Shown: positions 57,560 to 64,000 of the stretch, one piece after another
Layout: each line of letters opens with the position of its first letter
Position numbering within the stretch: the stretch's first letter is position 1
DNA from: Zancudomyces culisetae HAW-14-8
Lineage: Eukaryota; Fungi; Kickxellomycota
Length of the DNA stretch: 64,000 nucleotides
Assembly (NCBI GenBank): GCA_052426225.1
Contig: JBNJNM010000021.1
Span: 3,100,001 to 3,164,000 of the forward strand
Direction: 5' to 3'
The notes under the pieces: generated by a model
What the model saw: only the letters and a program-made list of their open reading frames with translations
What the model was told of the DNA's origin: nothing
The model's database searches: none
Position numbers and translations under genes: made by a program

Positions 57560-59696
57560 GCCTATCTAGGTAAACGAATGAGGAACCGGAATAGCACATA
57601 ATACTAGATGTGAACGTTATAGAGACCCTGAATACTTAACGTTAACAAACATTATTAAATATTCTTAAACCCACTAATGCTGATGATCTAACTGTGAGCT
57701 GAGTAATTGATGAAGCATCAATTATTATATATTTAATAATAAACTTTATAAAAAAACAAAATAAAAAACAAAAATAAGGAAGTAATACACAAAGATAATG
57801 TTACCAACACAGTTGAAAGAATACAAAGCGAAGCTCACGAGGGTATCGAGAACACTTGGCGACGAGTATCGGACGAGAATTGGGCGAATAACCTATATAA
57901 GGGAGTGTACAACGTAGTTAAAAACTGTAATGTTTGCCATTGGCAAACAGATGGTCAAACTCTAAAACATCCGCTTGTACCAATTATATCCAAAAATCCG
58001 TTTGAAATAGTAGGTATGGACGCAATAGGACCCATAAATCCTCCTTCTGAAAATGGAAATAGGTTTAACTTACCGCAATCGATTATTGCACCAAGTGGCC
58101 TATTGCACTGGCTTTGCCTAACTTGTTAAGTCAAAACATCATAAGTTTTATAGTGAATGAAATTGTAAAAAATTATGGTATCCCACTAAAAATTATTACC
58201 AACCGCTGTTCGAGCTTTGTTGGAGAAGTAACTACATTTATTACGCATGGTTCGGTATTAAACACTCACCTACAACTCCCTACCGGCCGGAGAGCAACTG
58301 TCAAGTTGAGATGCTTAATCAGTAACTATTCAATATATTAAAAAGCAATGGTAATTAGATAGGGAAATTGTGATTGCTATATGTGGAAAAGATTATTAAT
58401 TTAAGGAGTACGAGGAATAATCTATTAAGTTTACCCCAGCAGAAATGCTTTATGATATAAATATAAACTTACCTTCCAGTTGGAAATTCAAAGAAAACAT
58501 CGGAAGTTATGAAGAGTTGGTACATGAAAGAATACAATGTATTAAAAACGAAATACCAGTATTGCGAAATTTGAGTATCGAAAAAAATTTACAAGCGAAA
58601 AAAAATGACGAAAAACGTTATAATCGAAAAGAAAAAATTATTTATTAAAATCGTGATAAGTCTTATAGATAATTGAGTTGATAGGCCGAAATTAGAAACA
58701 TTAGGTGATGGTCCTTATACAATTATAAATTTTTAGATAAGGGAACCTATCAAATTAAAGATGCAATTGGACATAGAGATTTATTTCATCAAGTATTTTA
58801 AAATGTACTTCCATACAAAAAGAATGCAACCAGGAGAATTTCTCGACATTAAAAACGAAATTAAAAAGATACAAACTGAATACTCGTATGGAGATATCCG
58901 AACTTGAAGAGGGGTATACTGTCGTATAATGGGTATTCGACAGAAAATCATTAAGTAATTTACATAGTAAATATTTATTATTTAGATTTATTATAGATTA
59001 ATCAACACAACAACTTAATTATCGATCAAATGTAGATTTTTATACAAGTATCTGTTGATTTATATTTATTCTATGTTTAGAATTAAAAATAGTAATAGAT
59101 TAAATATATAATGTAGACAGTTATCTATTGTGTAAAATATTGTGCAATAAACAAATTAATACCATAACAAAGATATAAAGGTTAAATCCAGTACCAACTC
59201 ATAATTATATTTTTTGGAAATAAAATATTGTAAGACTGGCTGAGAAATATCTAGATATTAATAATTTATAGATATGTGACAATTGTTTTCAGATTAATTC
59301 AATAGAAATTTGAAGGTAAAAGACTAACGTTATATACTTATAAATATTAGGAAATTTAAATTGAAATAATTTTTTCTATAGCTTGATTACTAATCAAAAT
59401 GTTATAAGCATGAAATAATATTAAATTTAAATGTATAATAAAATCTAGAATGTTTATAAGTAATACAGAAATATTATTTCTAATTTATTAACATATTTCG
59501 TAATTTAAACTTACCTATAAATATAAATTTACAAGACGGTCTAGAATTGATGTGTATATTAATGTATGTCAGGAAACTAATTTAATTAAGTAGGGAGACT
59601 TAATGTTTCCAAGATAGGATACATATGTAATTATATTGATTAAAAATTAATTTGAATACTTATGGGTAAATAATGCGATAGTGACTGGTTATGACA
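57560..59696 (+). pseudogene. Decayed Gypsy integrase plus 3' LTR starting at 58920 (right end uncertain)
   Basis: Motifs AHEGIENTW, CNVC, PFEIVGMDAIGPINP, DYCTKWP and GPY. PPT GAAGAGGGG is followed by TGTCGTATAAT. Confidence 0.8.
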
Positions 59697-59980
59697 AATA
59701 TAATAAAATGTAAGTTTAAATAAAAATATATATAATAACCGCAACGATAGCAAGTATAACGATATCCCTGATTTAATCCATCAGATGGATATTATACAGC
59801 TGTACTTGGTGTTGTACCTGTCTCTGCGCTAGAGATATCAATTAAGTATACCAATAATGTTAAACATTTTTAAAACTTAGATACTTGTTTTAATAATAAA
59901 TATAATACATTTATTATATTAATAGTCGAATCCGTAGCTCAGCTCATATAAATAGATTTCTATAACTACTTTGTCATATA

Positions 59981-61589
59981 CAGTGACTCAAAAAATTGTT
60001 CAAATGTTTTTGATGTTCATTTAAAAATTATTTTATCTCACGAACTTTATATCGTATCACTATAAAATTTACAAATATTATACATCCATATACCATGAAT
60101 TACCAATCAAATTTTTAGAATACATGAACCATCCAATCTAAAGTAGTTATACTTTTTGTATAAATATTATATTTGAATAATTTATTTGCTAATAAAATAA
60201 AATTAAATAAACTTAATTAAACTAGTATTTAGTATATCCACCCCTAGCTTTCAATAATCATTAATGCTTGTTGGCATGCTACTGATTAGCGACATACACT
60301 CGTCACGTCTTATTTTATTCCACACGTCTTGTACGCGGTCCCAAAGTTCGTTTATCCCTTTAGGTGCATTTTCGTGATTTGATAGCCGTCTTTTCAAATT
60401 GACCCATAGATGTTCAATTGGATTTAGGTCAGGTGACTGTGCTGGCCAGTCAAGCACCTGAATTGAGTTAGTTTGCAACCATTCTTTAGTAATTTTCGCG
60501 GTGTGTTTTGGATCGTTATCATGCTGAAAAATTGTACTTTTCCTGTCTAAGTCGTACCACTCCATTGATATTACCAGTTCGTCTTCAAGAATATCACAAT
60601 ACAATTCTGCATTAAGTCCGCAATCAATTTTAGTACGATATCCTGGGCCTTCTGATGTCATGCATCCCCATATCATGATTGAACCTCCACCATGTTTTAT
60701 AGTTTTTTTAACATGGTTCGGTTTTAACTGGCTCCCTTGTTTTTTCCAGCACCACATGCGCCCATCTGATCCAAATCTGTTAATTTTAGTCTTGTATGAC
60801 CATATCACACGTTTCCAGTCTTTTACAGTCCAATGCTGATTATTTTTAGCAAATGCAAGTCGTTGTTTAATAAGGCCTAATTTTAGCATAGGTTTTTTGA
60901 CCTTAGGTTTTGCACTTAAATCATTTTTATTAAAGCTATTTTGCACTGTTTGAGGAACCACAGCTACGAGACCATTATTCTTGAAAAATTTTGTAGCTTC
61001 TGTCGCTGTATCAAATTGTCCAGACGTAATTTTCCGAATTATTAATCGCTCATTAGCTTTTGTCAATTTATTTGAGCTGCCATGTGATAAATTTTTTATT
61101 GATGTACGATACTTATAATTTAGGTTAGATATTGTCCCATTACTAATAGGTAGTTTTTACGTATTTGGCTATATGCGTTTCCATTATCCAGTAGATATAT
61201 ATCACTACAAATTATTTCTTTATTGAGTTTTTTCATCGAATTTAATAAATCAAAAATTTATAATATAATAATAAAATATATTGTGTAGATAATTGTAAGT
61301 TATTTTTAGTAACTTATAAATTTTTAAATGATATCTTACATAATGATTAAGCTATCATCTAAATTGAAATTTTAATTTAAAACCAAAAAATTGTTCAAAA
61401 CTAATAATTTTACAAAAAGTATAACCACAGTTGATTGGCTGGTTTAAGTATACTAATAATTTGATAGTATATACATGGTATATGGATGTATAATATTTGT
61501 AAAATTTATAGTGATACGATATAGTTTTTGTGAGATTAATAATTTTTGAATGAACATCATAAACAATTGAACAATTTTTCGAGTCACTG
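59981..61589 (-). mobile_element. Tc1/mariner DNA transposon, copy 2 (inverted twin of 37741-39348)
   Basis: TA-CAGTGACTC...GAGTCACTG-TA termini. The 271-aa ORF 60251-61066 is identical in translation to 38263-39078. Confidence 0.93.
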
Positions 61590-62049
61590 TAAATATATAC
61601 GATTATAAACTTTATGCTAGACTAGTTTTCCAACATAATATAACAACTACACACTCACATTATTCGTTAATTATATAACGTTTTATTTCAAAAGTGCAGC
61701 ATACGTGCAATTAAAAATATGTATGGGAACACGTAAACAATAAAATTTTTTTTGTTAGTATGAAAACATAAATCGTACTATTATCATCATTATTTTATGG
61801 ACTCGCATGTAGCATTTTCATGAACTAATCATGACATTTTGGGGAAACCCAAAATTATATATGTTTATGTGGAAATTAAATCGCAATAATTTTGGAAAAA
61901 AACCATATTGAACTTATTTTGGGTATAATCATAGTTATCCACATATTGTGAAATGAGAAATTATCTATATTATGGAAAAGCCAAAATTAGTTAATATTCT
62001 ATTTCAATTTATAACCCACAACTCCATATAATATTACATTTAATATCGA

Positions 62050-62460
62050 GTTGAGCTATTATGATATATGCCTAGTTATTTAATGTAGTTAAATTATATT
62101 TGAATTTAAAGAAGTTTTAAAACTATAAATACTTAGTGATTTTATTGAAAAGATCTTTAGCAATAAAATAACTTCTTTAACTATAGTTTTCTACATAAAT
62201 CAAATAAAAACATCACTCAGTTGTCAAGCCCTGACATTATTTTTTTGCTACTTAACTGCCTGATATTAATATTGAATACCGAAAAACAAGTTAACATACT
62301 TTTGGACGAGATCCAAAAACTCAAGATGAGAATGAAAAACCCACTGCCTTAGTGAGCACAGTACCACCTTCAGAACCGCCAGCACCCGCTGCAGCTCCAG
62401 CCCCTGTCCATGTACCACAGGAACAGTACCCAAGGTTTGTTGGGATATAAAATAGTTTAC
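62050..62460 (+). mobile_element. 5' LTR end (62236), self-complementary PBS and gag-like start of a decayed LTR element; outer boundaries approximate
   Basis: TATAAAT at ~62124 and TGTCAAGCCCTGACA end, then TTATTTTTTTGCTA complementary to 62158-62171, then a Pro/Ala-rich reading frame. Confidence 0.6.
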
Positions 62461-62475
62461 AGTTTAGAGATTGTG

Positions 62476-62615
62476 TGTCATGGCCAATCAGGTGATATCT
62501 AACATCATATAACATTTGTTCTTATATTTACTTAGTATTTAAATAATGGCATTTGCCTAGCTGTAATTCCTTAAGAATTACAACCTGATTAACTAATAAA
62601 ACTCGTTCTGTGACA
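62476..62615 (+). mobile_element. 140-bp solo LTR
   Basis: TGTCA...TGACA termini with 5-bp TSD TTGTG on both sides and AATAAA near the 3' end. Confidence 0.85.
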
Positions 62616-62859
62616 TTGTGATTCTAATTCACTTTTTTTCTGTTCTTAGTCTCATTTCAAAATGTAAAAACCAGCTCGACTGGGTCGAGCGGACTCAGGC
62701 AGCGTATACGTGTTGTACAAAACTATAACTTAGTATATTATCAAAATCAAGAATGTTCATAAAGTAAAAAAATTTACAAAATAATATATCAAAAACTAAA
62801 AAATATACAAACAACTAGAAAATCAAAATCAAAAAAATAAGTGTACCAACAATCAATCA

Positions 62860-64000
62860 ATGATTGCAGGAGCTGCAAAAAGCAGTATCCAAACTACGCT
62901 GCCAAAGTACAGCAGCTTTGTTAACTTTCTAACTCAGCTCAGTCTGACTTAGCGCGCATCTCGGTTATCCATCTTTTAACAGGAGAGAAACCACAAGATC
63001 TCCTTCTCCGTATAGTGGGTGGTGACTGCAAAATTGGAATTAGCCTCGAACACTTTGCATTCAATCGCGATGAGGCTTTTGAATGCATCGGTCAGGCAAT
63101 CAACAACGCGTATGCGGACTTTGACATGAGTCCACAATCCAACACCCTATTCATCACCTTCTACAAAAAAGAAGAAGCTGATGAATTCAGATCAAAAGAT
63201 CTCGTACACAATGGAAGAATAGTCAAAAAAATAAGAACTGCAGAGCTTAGTGATAAGCTCTTGAATATCACTATACCAACAAGGCTGGGTAGTACTTTGC
63301 CAGACACCCTGTTGGCAATCAAGAATACTTTTGGAGGTCTAGGAACAATACATGACATCAAAACGTGGAAATCAAAAAAAGCCAATTTTTTTGCGGTAAA
63401 CTACACCAACATACTTTATGAGCCAAATGAGGGGAAAAAGGAAAAGATCCCCCAACACTAAAGTAAATGAATACGAATTGAGATGGTTCTGGAAGGGCAG
63501 TTCAAAACAGTGCAACCATTGCAAAGTATTTGGACACATCAGAGAGAAATGCCCAGTCTGGATAGATAGGCGTTTGGTTCTGGCTCAGAAAATAGAGCCA
63601 AAAGAAAAAAGCCCTCTACCAGTAATACTAATAAACCCTCGACAAGCGCAATAACAACAACAGCAAGAACAACAACACAGCCAGATCAAAATGCGGTTAC
63701 CAAAAACCAAGATAAACAAAAGTACAAAGACGATGACGTGAATAGTGAAGCTATAAATACTGCTCAGGGAGAATCAGTCATTATCACGTTAAACAATATA
63801 GGTGTAAACGATAAACAGAGTCACACTTATACCTACGAAGATAAAGAAATGGAAGACGAAAAAACCGAAACAAGTAACAATACAGAAAACCAAACCACAC
63901 ACGAAGAAAACCAAACACCACAAAATATTGAAACTGGGATGGTAGTGGATACATAAAACAATTTTACCACTATACAACCAAATATATTACCCATAATATC
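62860..64000 (+). pseudogene. Frameshifted ORF1 of a probable non-LTR (L1/Tx1-like) retrotransposon, running off the window
   Basis: RRM-like segments (LFITF..KEEA..F; FGGLGTIHDI) then CNHCKVFGHIREKC and an A-rich disordered tail. Frameshift near 63450 and internal stops. Confidence 0.6.

Noticed and set aside
59928-59950. CGTAGCTCAGC box-A-like motif as a tRNA remnant near the 58.9 kb LTR
   Set aside because: No anticodon arm, T arm or box B follows.

Overview
AT-rich eukaryotic DNA, most consistent with an early-diverging fungus (inference from GT-AG introns and the gene and transposon content). The first ~8 kb holds three host genes: an intron-containing Rac GTPase, the 18S rRNA dimethyltransferase DIM1 and a Kelch/coiled-coil polarity protein. 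Almost everything after ~13 kb is transposon-derived. The main structure is a ~20 kb head-to-tail stack (16276-36570) of three full-length Ty3/Gypsy elements and four solo LTRs with at least six different LTR types. They are joined by copies of the same 4-5 bp target (CGAC/GACA), which originally sat 4-8 nt upstream of a dimeric tRNA-Gly/tRNA-Pro gene pair, and LTR divergence increases away from the tRNA. One LTR family encodes ~116 codons in frame with Gag and shows a synonymous substitution pattern. Further downstream are three Tc1/mariner elements, a structurally complete DIRS1-type tyrosine-recombinase retrotransposon whose recombinase ORF overlaps both gag and pol, a Tf1-like self-priming LTR remnant, decayed Gypsy/DIRS relics and the 5' part of a LINE. 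All coordinates and mismatch counts were read by eye.
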